Source of the DNA: Sminthopsis crassicaudata
Lineage: Eukaryota
Assembly (NCBI RefSeq): GCF_048593235.1
Contig: NC_133623.1
Span: 7,184,211 to 7,248,210, forward strand
Length of the DNA stretch: 64,000 nt
Direction of reading: 5' to 3'
Shown: piece after piece, positions 38,801 to 50,470 of the stretch
How the letters are laid out: every line of letters begins with the position of its first letter
How positions within the stretch are numbered: the first letter of the stretch is position 1
Position numbers and translations under genes: made by a program
The notes under the pieces: generated by a model
Told to the model about the DNA's origin: nothing
The model's database searches: none
The model's input: only the letters and a program-made list of their open reading frames with translations

Positions 38801-39289
38801 GAAAGTGTTAACTATTTGGGGGTAAAGAAGAGATCTAAAACATTTGAACATTCTTATTGATGGCTGAATTAGAGTAAAGAATAGAGACGATGAGAGCTGT
38901 GGGAGCTGGTGAGCTTTGCAGCGTCATCAGTGGGAATATTGAATATTCCCCTCCTCACAGCTCCCCAGTAACAGCCCCTCCTTCAGCAGCATTGAAACCT
39001 CTGTGTTCTTCCTGGATGTTTGCTTCCTCCCCTTGAGAGTGGTCCTTTAGCTGAGATTTCCTTTCTCTGCTACTGAATGTCATGCTCCTTGTATCGGACA
39101 TAGAAGGTCCTAGTAATGGCTCTGTTGAGCTTTATAAATAATGGTAGTAAATCCCTCAGTCTGTAAAAATTATCTCCCAGAGTTCAATGTCCTAGGCCAG
39201 TGAAAAGAGTTAATACCTTTTGTTACACATGTTCCAGCTCAACTTAAGAATTAAATCCTATCTGTTGTGGCTTCCTTTATGTCTTCTAG

Positions 39290-39463
39290 GTTTTTGGAAA
39301 TTGATTTTGTCACCTCACCAAACAAAGAGAGCTTCAACCTTAAGTCAGTGGTATGCAGAGATGAACTGGGAGTATCTGTGCCCTTGGCAAAGTGAGGCAT
39401 GGACATCTTACTGCCGAGACCGCCCTGCTTTGGGACTTGATTTTTCCTCCTTTGCTCAATCAA
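39290..39463 (+). CDS. Candidate internal exon with two possible donors
   Basis: Acceptor cctttatgtcttctag|. Donor AAA|gtgagg at 39391 gives 102 nt (FLEIDFVTSPNKESFNLKSVVCRDELGVSVPLA). Donor CAA|gtaagt at 39463 gives 174 nt in another frame (FWKLILSPHQ...WYAEMNWEYLCPWQSEAWTSYCRDRPALGLDFSSFAQS). Confidence 0.3.
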
Positions 39464-40249
39464 GTAAGTCTAAAACTTAGAAAGTTTAAATCTCTAAACA
39501 TTTGGGGAGCTTCAATTGCAGGAATTTGCATTTGTCAGGGATTTCAATCAGCTTTGGATCACTTACAGATTTTTCTCCTCTCTGCTCCTATTAAATGTCA
39601 TAATGAGACATCTTCAATCAAATCAAAGGAAAGAGTCTTTGTATGGTCTCCAAAGATAGTCATTGTTCATAGAGGTCATCAATTCCACTGCACAGTATTC
39701 TGAATAGTGAGATCTTTAAGACTGCTAATAGGCCCTCTTCAAGCAGGAGGCACAGATGAGGAGGGTGGCTAATCAAGAGAAACTCTTAAATGCCTGGCTG
39801 GGGGTGCCTCAGTCTACAGTCTTTCCTCAAATTAAATATCTTGCTGTCCAGAACTTGTAGTTATCTGTCTGCTGGCTTCAAAGCAGCCATTTCTGCCCTA
39901 CCATGAATGGGATATGGGCTCCAAGGGATGGCATCTTGAGTAGCAGTAGCTTCTAAATCTGTGTCTGGAGCCACAGATGAACAGTGTAAGCAAATACAAG
40001 CTGAATGTGGATTAAGAGAACCTGGGTTCAAATTCTCACTCTACCACTTAATACCTGTGTTAATTTAGGCATTCAATAAATCAGCAATAATTTGGCAGGT
40101 CTCTGCTGTGCACTAAGCACTGTTCTGGCTGTTAGATATACACATTTTGAACGTGAGCTTAGGTTTTAGGGGGGAGCAGGAATGAATGAATAAATAACTG
40201 AATGAATGAATAAAGCAAGTCAGTAAGTTTGTGTTAATCCCTTACTATG

Positions 40250-41250
40250 TGTTAGAAAAGTATTCATTGATAGGGACAAAGAAAGGCAAAAAAACCGTGA
40301 AAAAAACTAGGTACCTACAAGATGCATAAAGAGTGGCTAGAAGGGAAGATAAAAGGTTCTGTCAGCTGAGGAGATCAGAAAAGGCCTCTTCAGAGTACAT
40401 CAAAGTGGTAAAGTGTAGGAAGCTGGGAAAGGTAGAAAGGGACCAGGTTGGAAATAGCTTCAAATGCTGTAAACAGAGGGCTTTTTATTTCATTCCAGAG
40501 GTCATGGGAAGCCATGTAGAGGAGGAATGGGAGGGTGATTTCATCATACCTATACTTTGGGCAAGTGGACATTGGATTTGAGTCTCAAGAGACTTGTAGA
40601 AAGCTAACTGATTAGAAGATTCCACCCAGAGTCCAGGGACATAATGAGAAGGGCAGGAGCTAGCATGGTGTCAATGTAAGTGGAGAAAAGAGAGTGTTTA
40701 AGAGATGCCGTGAGGCTAAAAATAACAAGTCTTAGCAAGAAATGAAATCAGTAGGAGTATGAGTGAGGAGTTGAGAACTCCTAAGTTGAGATTCTGGGCA
40801 ACTGAGAGTATATTAGCATTTAGGTAAAGAAATAATGAGTTCTGTGTTGGAAATGCTGAGTCTTTGATACCTAAGGGACATCCAGTTTTTAGACATCCAA
40901 GAGATATTTAGTGATGCAGGACAGATGCAAAGGCCATAAAGTAAGCAGTAGGTGAGAAACTGAAAGCAACTAGTAGTGATAAATTTTCCTTCTAGAAATG
41001 TAGTTATAATAAAGGAGGAGAAACTGACAATAATAACAAGAGAATGATGGTACTTAGTTTTTTTAAGGATGGGGAAGATCTAAGAAGGTAGCAGGACAAG
41101 GGCCATGGAATAAAGGACTTGAAAATTTGTGGAAAAAGATAATCAAAGGAGCAAACTCCCCCATGAGACAAGAAAGGATGGGATCAAGAGCATAAGCTGG
41201 AAGTGGGAGAGGTTAGCAAGTGCAAGGAGAAGAGTTTCTTCTTTCTCTGA
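40250..41250 (-). mobile_element. L2 LINE remnant
   Basis: 'ttttatttcattccagaggtcatgggaagccatgtagagg' and 'gagttctgtgttggaaatgctgagtctttgatacctaagggacatccag'. Confidence 0.7.
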
Positions 41251-42337
41251 GATGGAAGCATAGTCTTCCAGTCTGGCCCTTTTCTAAGTTGCTACCATTG
41301 CTGCACCTTCACTTCCATGTTCTTGGAAGAGTTTTGGAACTCCCATCCTAGGCAGAATGTCCTAATTAGTGAGACCTCATTGGATTAGCCTCACAGCTAA
41401 CTATTCCCTTTCCCCTCGCCCACTTTCTAACATTTTTTCCACACATGCTTCTCACCCTCCCCCTCTCCTACCTCTTGCTTGGTGGAACTAGAACCTCGTA
41501 ATTATAATCCATCCGGTGCCACCAGTGTATCTGGAAAAGGCATCGCAACTGCTTCCCCTCTTGTTCTTCTTATCACTTTCCTCAAAGCAAATGCCCCTCC
41601 TTGACTACCATTCCCTTAGATGCCCTAGCTCCTCTTGTCAAATTTCAGCTCCTTGAAGGGATGGATCACCTCATGTTTATATTTGTGTTATTAATATGAA
41701 ACACAGTCCTTGGAAAGCAGTGAGTACTTTATAAGTGTGTCATCCGTCTGTCCATTCATTCATTTATTCATGAGAGATGGTATATCTGGTACTAGAAAGG
41801 GGGGCTTGTTAATATAGTATCTTTGAAGGAGAGCTTTATGAGGATTTCAAGAAGAGAAAAGAGAGTCTCTCAGTTCTAGGCCTCTCTTCCCTAGCTTCCT
41901 TTTTCTAGGTCTAATCCAAGAGTCTATAACATAGCTGCCCTGAACCTGGCTGGGTATAATGTGATGTTTATAGTACCAAGCAGGACCAAGGAGAGCTCCC
42001 TTTCCACTAAGAACCACCAGTAACCCCAAAGCAAAGCCCCAAATAGGACAATGGTTGGAACTCTTCTCTGCATAAGAGCACCTTGTTTACCTTGACCAGG
42101 CTCTTCCTGACAAGTCCTTACCTATGTAACATTTTACCCTTGGTAAAATTGTCTGCCGTGGGATCAGGGCTACAAACCTATTGCACTGGATACAGTCCAA
42201 CCTGTATACACCTGGGTTTTTTTCACGTTCTGGTGTTTGCCTTCTATTACTGGTCTGGGCCACTAATAAAAGCAAGTTAAGGCTGGGAACATTTTCAAAG
42301 AACAATCCTTTGTACCCAGCAACTTTATTTCTCAAAG

Positions 42338-42373
42338 GGAGTCAAAAAGGTGGCTGTGATGCCGGACATTGAG
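42338..42373 (+). CDS. Weak candidate 36-nt exon (GVKKVAVMPDIE)
   Basis: actttatttctcaaag| ... GAG|gtagga. One open frame. Phase-compatible with 43146-43224 (ITLASAFSSKDLMDSIAPTHLGRNKL). Confidence 0.15.
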
Positions 42374-43491
42374 GTAGGAGGTGAGGGCACTACAAAATTG
42401 CCTGTGTGTATTTATGTTTCTACGATTAATAATTGTGAAGCCTTTCAGCACTTCTACCTCATCATTGGCTCACCCTCCTGGGTAACTCTTCATTTAGGGT
42501 TCACTATGACCTGTTTTCCAAGGGGTTTTGAATGGAGCCACAACTAGAGGGCTAACCCTGGAGCCAGGAAAGACTGAAGAAGTAAATCCTTTCACCTTTC
42601 ACTATTTTTAGAACTCAGTTAGGCTAGGGGTCACAAAGAATCAGCAGAAGGAGTCTCTTCATCACCCCAGGGAGATCATTGACCTCTATTACCGTTCTTC
42701 CCCTTTGAATGTGAAAGAGAATTGGCCAGAACACCAAGCCCTGATGTCTGCTGTCTTTTGCTCTTGGAAGATAATAGATAGCACTCAGGAATTTGCCTTT
42801 GAATGTATCTTTTCACCCCTAATAATTCCTTCAAGACCCAGTTTTTGGCTGCCAGACAGTGAGCTCATGCTGCCTTCCTGATTTACACCTTCCTCTATCT
42901 TCAGAGTACCAAGTCTCCTGTGAATTGAGTTCTTCCAAGCTTTTGCCAAGAAAGTGAAGCTGCTAGAAACATCTTTGTAGGAAAAGATACAAGGACTCTG
43001 ACATCCCACCAGCTATTGTGACCTAAATAGGCCTTCCCTTCCCACATCCAGTTTACAGGAGTGAGGAGCCATTGCCACAAAGCCAGAGGACTCTGTGCTT
43101 TTTGTCATGAAACTTCAGTCTTTTTCTGTTTGGATATTTATTTAGATCACTTTGGCCTCTGCCTTCTCCTCCAAAGATCTGATGGATAGCATAGCCCCAA
43201 CACACTTGGGAAGGAATAAATTGAGTAAAGACATTTCTGAGCCACATTGCATGTGGAGACAGGGAGCAGAGCTGCCTCAGTAGTTGGTGTAGTTGTGCTA
43301 GCAGACGCCACCCCCAGAGACAGATAGACAGACAAGATTCCCTTTGTGAGGGGAGTCCAGAGGAATAGTTTTACACTGAGAATGGCCAGTCACAGAATAT
43401 CAGACCTGGAAAAGCCTTCAAGATGATCTGTGTCAACCACCTTATTTTGTATAGTAAGACAAAGACCCTCTCCTCTCCCCTTGAATTAAAG

Positions 43492-43493
<2 letters not shown>

Positions 43494-43536
<43 letters not shown>

Positions 43537-43541
43537 CACAC
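43494..43541. repeat. (GT)n microsatellite ending in CGCG-(CA)n
   Basis: 48 nt of uninterrupted purine-pyrimidine alternation. Confidence 0.95.
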
Positions 43542-45559
43542 GGTTGACGGTGACGGTTGCCTGTGGAAGGTCATTCAAGTTAATGGTAAGCCTGGAATTC
43601 TTGCCTTAATGTTCTTATTCCCAAAAATACTGCTTGAATCTCAACATTACCTTTTTTTTTTTTTAAACAGAATCAAAGAGTCTGTGCATTGGAAGGGAAG
43701 CGAAGCTAGGTGGTGCTTCAACAGATAGAGCGTGGGGCCTGTAGTCAGAAAGGCTCATCCCTCTGAGTTCAAATCTGGCAAATCCTTCTAATATCTTTGT
43801 CTAGAAAATTCCAAATGATTCCAAATGGGATCATGAAAATTCAGGCACAACTTAAATGACTGAAAAGGACCTTTGAAAGGGAGCTCAGAGGGCAGCCTCT
43901 CCCTAACCTAGCTGATAAATGGGCAACCAGTGCGGGAGGAAGGGGAACAGCATTCCAATCATGGGGGACAACTAAGATGGAGGCATGGCATTGGGAGGTG
44001 GAAAAAAATGGAGATGGGCTTCATAGGGTCATAGATTTGGAAAAAACTTCAGTCATGGTACCCAACCCCCTCTTTTTACAGATGAAGAAACAGATGGAAA
44101 GGAGGTAACATGACTTTTCCAGGTCCATACAAGTAGTCAATGTCTGAGGTCAAGTTTGAACTCAGTTTTTCCTGAGCCCAAGACCAGAGCATTTCCTTTG
44201 CCTCTAGTGTGTCCCGACCAGCTCTTAAGCCACGATGGCTCTTACTCTCTACTTACTGTTCTGGGTGTTCACCAAACATTCCCTTGCTAATACGAACTAG
44301 ACTTTTTCTTCCCTTTTCTGGAAATTGGAAAATTTGCCCTTGTCCAGCCTGGGGTACCTCCTTACTTCTCCACATTCATTCAAAGTCCCTGACAGTGGCC
44401 CCCAAAACTCAGCTCCTATGTGTTGGATACTGAGGCGTGTAGTTTGTCTAGGGCTGGTGACAACTTGTGGACGGCATCTCCATGCTCACTTCCTGTTGCC
44501 TTCCTGATTTCAGCTCCCTGTCAGACCCTTTTGCTGTCCTTTCCAGATGTCATATTCTTCTCCCTGGCAAAGAGCAGAGGAGTAAAGTTAGGGCTCAGTA
44601 ATGGGATTACCACAGGCCTAGAGTCTGGTGGGCAGCACTGAAGACTAAGAAACTTCAAGAGCTGCTCTGGTTGGAAACGTCTTCATGCTGCGGCCACGAA
44701 CTTCTCTGTGGCTAGCCAGGGTGATTCTCTAATGCTAGCTATGTAGTCAATTGCTAGAGAGATTTGTGGGGCCAGTGAATAGGCTGTGGTGCTTCACCTG
44801 TGATCAATTGCATGCAAGAAACAATATGAAAGATCGCTTCTAAATGATTTATGAAAGGGAGGAGGAGGGCTGCATACAGAGAGATTGAGAGATAAGAAAG
44901 GAACACCTTGGTGTTCACATAATATTAAGGAGCTGAGAGGAAGGCTCCCAGAATATTGGGTGGAGACCATGTGGAAGCAATATGGGAGGCCTTGGACTAG
45001 AGTTGCTCTGGGTGACAGGCCACAGATATATTGTGACCTGTCCTGTTGGACAGAACCATGAGATGAAGTAGCAATGGCAGCTCCCAGAGCAGAATTCATA
45101 ATCAAATGGTGGGGGCCATCAGTCATTTGGTTTTCTCCAAAGACATCTTTGTTGATAGGTGGCCATAGGGAGAGATATGTGATCCATTACCCTGCCCCAG
45201 CTCTGCCAAAAGATGGCATAAGATTTCGCAACAAAAATTGGCACATCCTGGTATACTAGGCTAACAGGAGAACTTTATGGTGATTCCAAATAATGCATGG
45301 TACCAGATTCACCTCTGACTCTGAAAGGTGCTTTCATACTTAGATGAACTAGGATGGGGATGGAGACTGGACCTGAGACTTCACTGGTACTAGGAATTCT
45401 TGGACAAGGAAACACCTTATTCAAATCAGCAGCACCTTCTTCATCAATATGGCCCAGGGCACTGAGAAGCTATATAACTTGCCCAGAGTTCCCTAACTAG
45501 GATGTTTCAGAAGCAGGACTTAAACTCAGGTCTTCTTGGCTCCAAAGCCAACTTTGAAT

Positions 45560-45810
45560 CCACTTGGCTGCAGGTTCGTCAGTCATTTTCAGTTCTGTCT
45601 GACTCTCCATGACCCCTTTTGTAGTTTTCTTGGTAGAGATACTGCAGTGTTTTGTCATTTCTTTCTCCAGCTCAGTTTACAGATGAGGAGACTGAGGCAA
45701 GCAGGGTGAATTGACTTGGCTGAGATCACAAAGCTTGGATATTATCTAAAGCCAGGTTTGAATCCAGGTCTTCTTGACTCCAGGCCTGGTGCTCTGTCTG
45801 CTGCAGTGCT
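45560..45810 (-). mobile_element. Mar1/MIR-derived SINE
   Basis: 'cagtcattttcagttctgtctgactctccatgacccc...ttttcttgg...gccattt-like...cagatgaggagactgaggc'. Confidence 0.7.
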
Positions 45811-47034
45811 ACCTAGATGTCCTTAAAGGCACAGGAATACTCAGATAGGTAAAACAGCTCCTAACTTCTAGATACATGGGGAAGTACAGAGGAGGTGGAA
45901 GGGAAGAGAGAAGATAATCTATATACAGATAAGTAAGTAAAAATATATGTAAAGCAAATAGCGAGTGATTTTGAGATGGTGGCGTAGTAATAATATATAT
46001 GTGTTGGGTGCAATGCCAGAGGAACATGTGGATCAAGAAAGGCTTTGAAGATAAACCTTGAATGGAGTTATGGATTTGAAGAGATTGAGGTGAGGAGAGA
46101 GGACATTCTGGATTTGGGGGTTATCCAGAGCAAAGGTATGAAGGTGGGGGATAAAATATGTTCTGGGAGCAGCAAGGAGGCTGGGATGTAGAATATTCTA
46201 CTCATTCATTAGCATTGACTGGCCCCATCACTCATTGAGTACCATTTCCTCCAAAGAAATCCTGCCTTGGATTGTTCTGGTCTCCCTAACTGGGTATGAG
46301 CCTGGTGTATTAGAATCTTTTGCACTCTTTCCCTGTATCTCACATTTCACAGTGCTGAGCCTAGTTTCCCAGGCATATCATCATAAATATCGGTTGATGT
46401 GAATTCCCCGAGCACACTTGGGCCTGTAAATCCCCCTCATAAAGCATCTCACTGCAACAAGGATTTAGTTACAGACCCTGAGGAAAGCCAAGGCCTTCAT
46501 CATATTGAAGGCAGTTGAGTGAAGCTTTCTCTGCCTTCCCGCCAGAAAGCCAGGGAGATGGGTGGTATTAGGAGCAGAGGGCAATTGCCTAGTTGTTAGG
46601 AAAGTTGCTCTGATGCCGGATCAAAGCCAGCAGATTTCTTTGTCTTTGTTCTCACTGACTCAGGGCACTGCCTTCCATCAGGCCTAAAAGTTAGCCTTGA
46701 ATTTGGCATCCTCTGGGTCTTGCTCTCTGAGCCTTGCTTGTCTAGGGCTCTATGATGCTATCTGCATTGAATCCTGATAGCTTTTCTCTCGGTTTTGCTG
46801 CCCTCAGCCCCCACTCTACTCAGATGGATGCAGGACTGAGGGACTCAGGGGGCTTATAACATTGCCTTGATCCTTCCCCTTCCAACTTTAACCTGAAATG
46901 AGAGACATGCTTGAAATCCATGGCAATTTGAAAGCACAGTTCTGTTCACTGATAAGAGGATGTGATACAGTGAGAAAAGGGTTCCATCTAGATTCATCAC
47001 TGCCTCTGTAGCTTTGAGCAAACCACTTCATTTG

Positions 47035-47810
47035 GATGGGCTTCACTTTTCCTGTTAGATATGCAGATAATATCACTCTGATGGCAGGAAGTGAAGTGGA
47101 ATTAGGAGGAGAGTATAAAAGCTGCCAGAAGTATAACATGAAAATAAAACAAACAAACAAAAAACCTATAGTCATAGCCATTGGTCTCATCACTTTCCAA
47201 ATAAAGGGAGAAGAAAAAATGGAAGCAATATCTGATTTCATATTCTTGGGCTCAGAGATCACTGCAGGCAGACAGTGACTGCAGCCATGAAATTAAGACA
47301 CATGGTCCTTAGAAGAAAAAAATAAGGTAAATCTGAATAGCAGACTAAAAAAATCCAGAATCCAGAAACATCATCTTGTTAACAAAGATCTATAGAGTCA
47401 AAGCTGTGGTATTTCCAGTAGTGAAGTATGGATGTAAAAGTTGGACTATAAAGAAAGCTGAGTGTCATAGAATCAGTGCCTTGGAATTGTGGTCCTTGAG
47501 AAGACTTTTAAGAGATCCTTGGACAGCAAGGGCAGCCAATCAATATCTAAAGAAATTAATGCATCAAAAGGTCAAATATTGAAGCTGAAGTTTAAATACT
47601 TTGGCCACATAATAAGACAGGACTCATTGGAAAAGCCCCTGATGTTAGGAAAAGCAAAAGGAAAAGGGGACAGCAGAGGATGCGATGATTGGCTAATGTC
47701 ATAGAAGCAAGAAACATGAGCTTGGACAGACATTGGGAGTAGTGGAGAATAGAAGGGTCTAATGTGCTATGACCCATGAGGTCACAAATAAATGATTCGA
47801 CAACAACAAT
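47035..47810 (+). mobile_element. BovB-like RTE LINE 3' fragment
   Basis: YADNITLMAGSE (RT YADD-like motif), DFIFLGSEIT, VKAVVFPVVKYGCKSWTIKKAECHRISALELW, LKLKFKYFGHIIRQDSLEKPLMLGK. Ends in (caa)n. Confidence 0.88.
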
Positions 47811-49435
47811 ATAACCAGTCTGGGTTTATAACATGAACACTGGACTGGCTCATCATCAGGAAAACTAAAAGTATAATTGACCATATTAATAACAAAAATC
47901 ATATGATTATATCATTAGATATAGAAAAGACTTGACAAAATACAATGTTCATTCATTTCTTAAAATGCTAAGTAGTTCCTATTTAAAACAAGGAAACAGA
48001 ACTATCACTTTTTGCTGGTATATATATGTATATATTATATGATTACCCCAGAGAATCAATTTTAAAAACTAGTCAAAAATTAACAACTTTATCAGAGCTG
48101 CAGAAGCCTTCCAAGATATCTTGAGGTTTGCTGGCTAGATTTCTGATTTTAATTGGTCATCAACAGGTTCTAGGCCAAGTCCCATTTGATCATTGTTTAG
48201 GTCCTGATTGACTCAGATTGAATGTAAATAGTAGTCATATCTGCTTTGGCCAGAAACCCTGAAGGTTTATCCTTCCCAGATTCATTCATTGATTTAGTTA
48301 TTTAGATTTTTGGAGCAGGGCACTAGGTGAAAGAGGAGTTTCTTTAACTCAATAAGTTCTCCCCCTGCATCCAAGGCCATCTCCAGTTATCCTGATCAAT
48401 ATCTTGCCACTGGACCCAGATGACTCTGGAGGGGAAAGTGAGACAGGTGATCTTGCACAGCCCTCCCTCACTTCAATCTAATTCACTTGCATGTCATGGC
48501 ATCATCTCCCTGATGTCATGGTCTTCTTCCAGAGTGAAAATCAAACAAAGAACAACATATATAATAAACCCACATAAATCATCATCTCTATATATTTCCA
48601 ACGAAGCCTAGCAGGAAGCGATAGAATGAGAACTTCCATTCAAAATAATTATAGATAATATAAAATACTTAGAAGTCTATTTGCTAATACAAATACAGGA
48701 ACTATTAGAACAAAATTACAAAACTATTACAAAATAACAAAAAAATTGACAAAAGACAAACAATTAGAGAAATATTATAAAATGATTGTATATGTATTAC
48801 CCATATTATATTGCTTCTCCCTTAGAGAGGGAGAAGGGAAAAATTAGAATTAAAATCTTATAAAAATGAATGTTGAAATCTATCTTTATATGTAATTGGA
48901 GAAATAAAATACAATTGAGAAATATTAATTTATTAGGTTGAGCCAGTATGATAAAAATGACAATACCACCTAAATTAGTTTACTTGTTCAGTGCTATATC
49001 AATCAACCTACCCAAAAATTACTTTATAGAGCTTGAAAACTAATAACAAAATTTATCTGGAGGAATAAAAGGTCAACTATTAATGGAATCCATGAAAAAA
49101 TGTCAAAACAAAAGGGAGAGAGTAGCACTATATTTCAAACTTAATTATAAAGTACAATTAACAAAAGCAACATGGAACTAGTTAAGAAATATATTAGTTG
49201 ATCAATGCTATAGATTAAGTACATAAGATATATGAGTAAATGAGTGTACTAGTCTAGTATTAATAAACTGAAACATCCTAGTTATTGGGGCAAGAATTCA
49301 CTATTTGACAAAAACTGCTGGGAAAGATACAAAGCAGACTGGCAGAAACTAGGCATAGGCCAATACCTCACTATATACCACTGGGTACCACTGTACTAAA
49401 ATAGATACATGATTTTGACATAGTGGTATCCTTTT

Positions 49436-49984
49436 TTATTATAGCTTTTTATTTACCAGATATATGCATGGGTAGTTTTACAGCATTGACAATTGCCAAA
49501 CCTTTTGTTCCAATTTTCCCCCTCATTCCCCCCACCCCTTCCCCCTGATGGAGGGTTGACCAATGCATGTTAAATATGTTAAAGTATAAATTAAATACAA
49601 TATATGTATACATGTCCATACAGTTACAAAAAGAATCAGGCTTTGAAATAGTGTACAATTAGCCTGTGAAGGAAATCAAAAATGCAGGTGGACAAAAATA
49701 GAGGGATTTGGAATTCTATATAGTGGTTCATTGTCATCTCCCAGAGTTCTTTTGCTGGGTGTAGCTGGTTCAGTTCGTTACTGCTTTATTGGAACTGATT
49801 TGGTTCATCTCATTGTTGAAGATGGCCACATCCATCAGAATACATCCTCATATAGTATCATTGTTAAGGTATATAATGATCTCCTGGTCCTGCTCATTTC
49901 ACTCAGCATCAGCTCATGTAAGTCTCTCCAGGTCTTTCTGAATCATCCTGTTGGTCATTTCTTACAAAACAATAATATTCACAT
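49436..49984 (-). mobile_element. Young L1 3'-end
   Basis: 18-bp TSD acatagtggtatcctttt at 49418-49435 and 49985-50002. Same subfamily as the L1 at 4413. Confidence 0.9.
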
Positions 49985-50002
49985 ACATAGTGGTATCCTT
50001 TT

Positions 50003-50470
50003 AAAATAATAATAGCTTTTTATTTTTCAAAATACATGCACAGATAGTTTTCAACATTTACCCTTGCAAAACTTTATGTTCCAAATTTTCCTCAATCCCT
50101 CCTCCTCTGCCCCCAGACAGCAAGTAAGCCAATATAGGTTAAATATGTGTAATTCTTCTAAACATATTTCCATATTTTTCATGCTGTGCAAAAAAAATCA
50201 GATCAAAAGGGAAAAAAACAAGCAAACAACCACCATCATAAAAAAGGGAAAATAGTATGCTCTGATCCACATAGTTCTCCATAGTTCTGTCTCTGGATGT
50301 GGATGGTTCTCTCTATCTCAAGTTTACTGGAATTTCCTTGAATCACCTCATTATTTAAAAGAGCCAAGTCCATCACAGTTGATCATCACATAGTCTTGCT
50401 GTTGCTGTGTACAATGGTTTTTTGGTTCCATTCACTTCACTTAGCATCAGTTCATGTAAAGTCTCTTCAG
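50003..50470 (-). mobile_element. L1 3'-end (subfamily of the element at 34467)
   Basis: 'ttcaacatttacccttgcaaaactttatgttccaaattttcc...agacagcaag...gctgtgcaaaaaaaatcagatcaaaaggg'. Confidence 0.85.
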
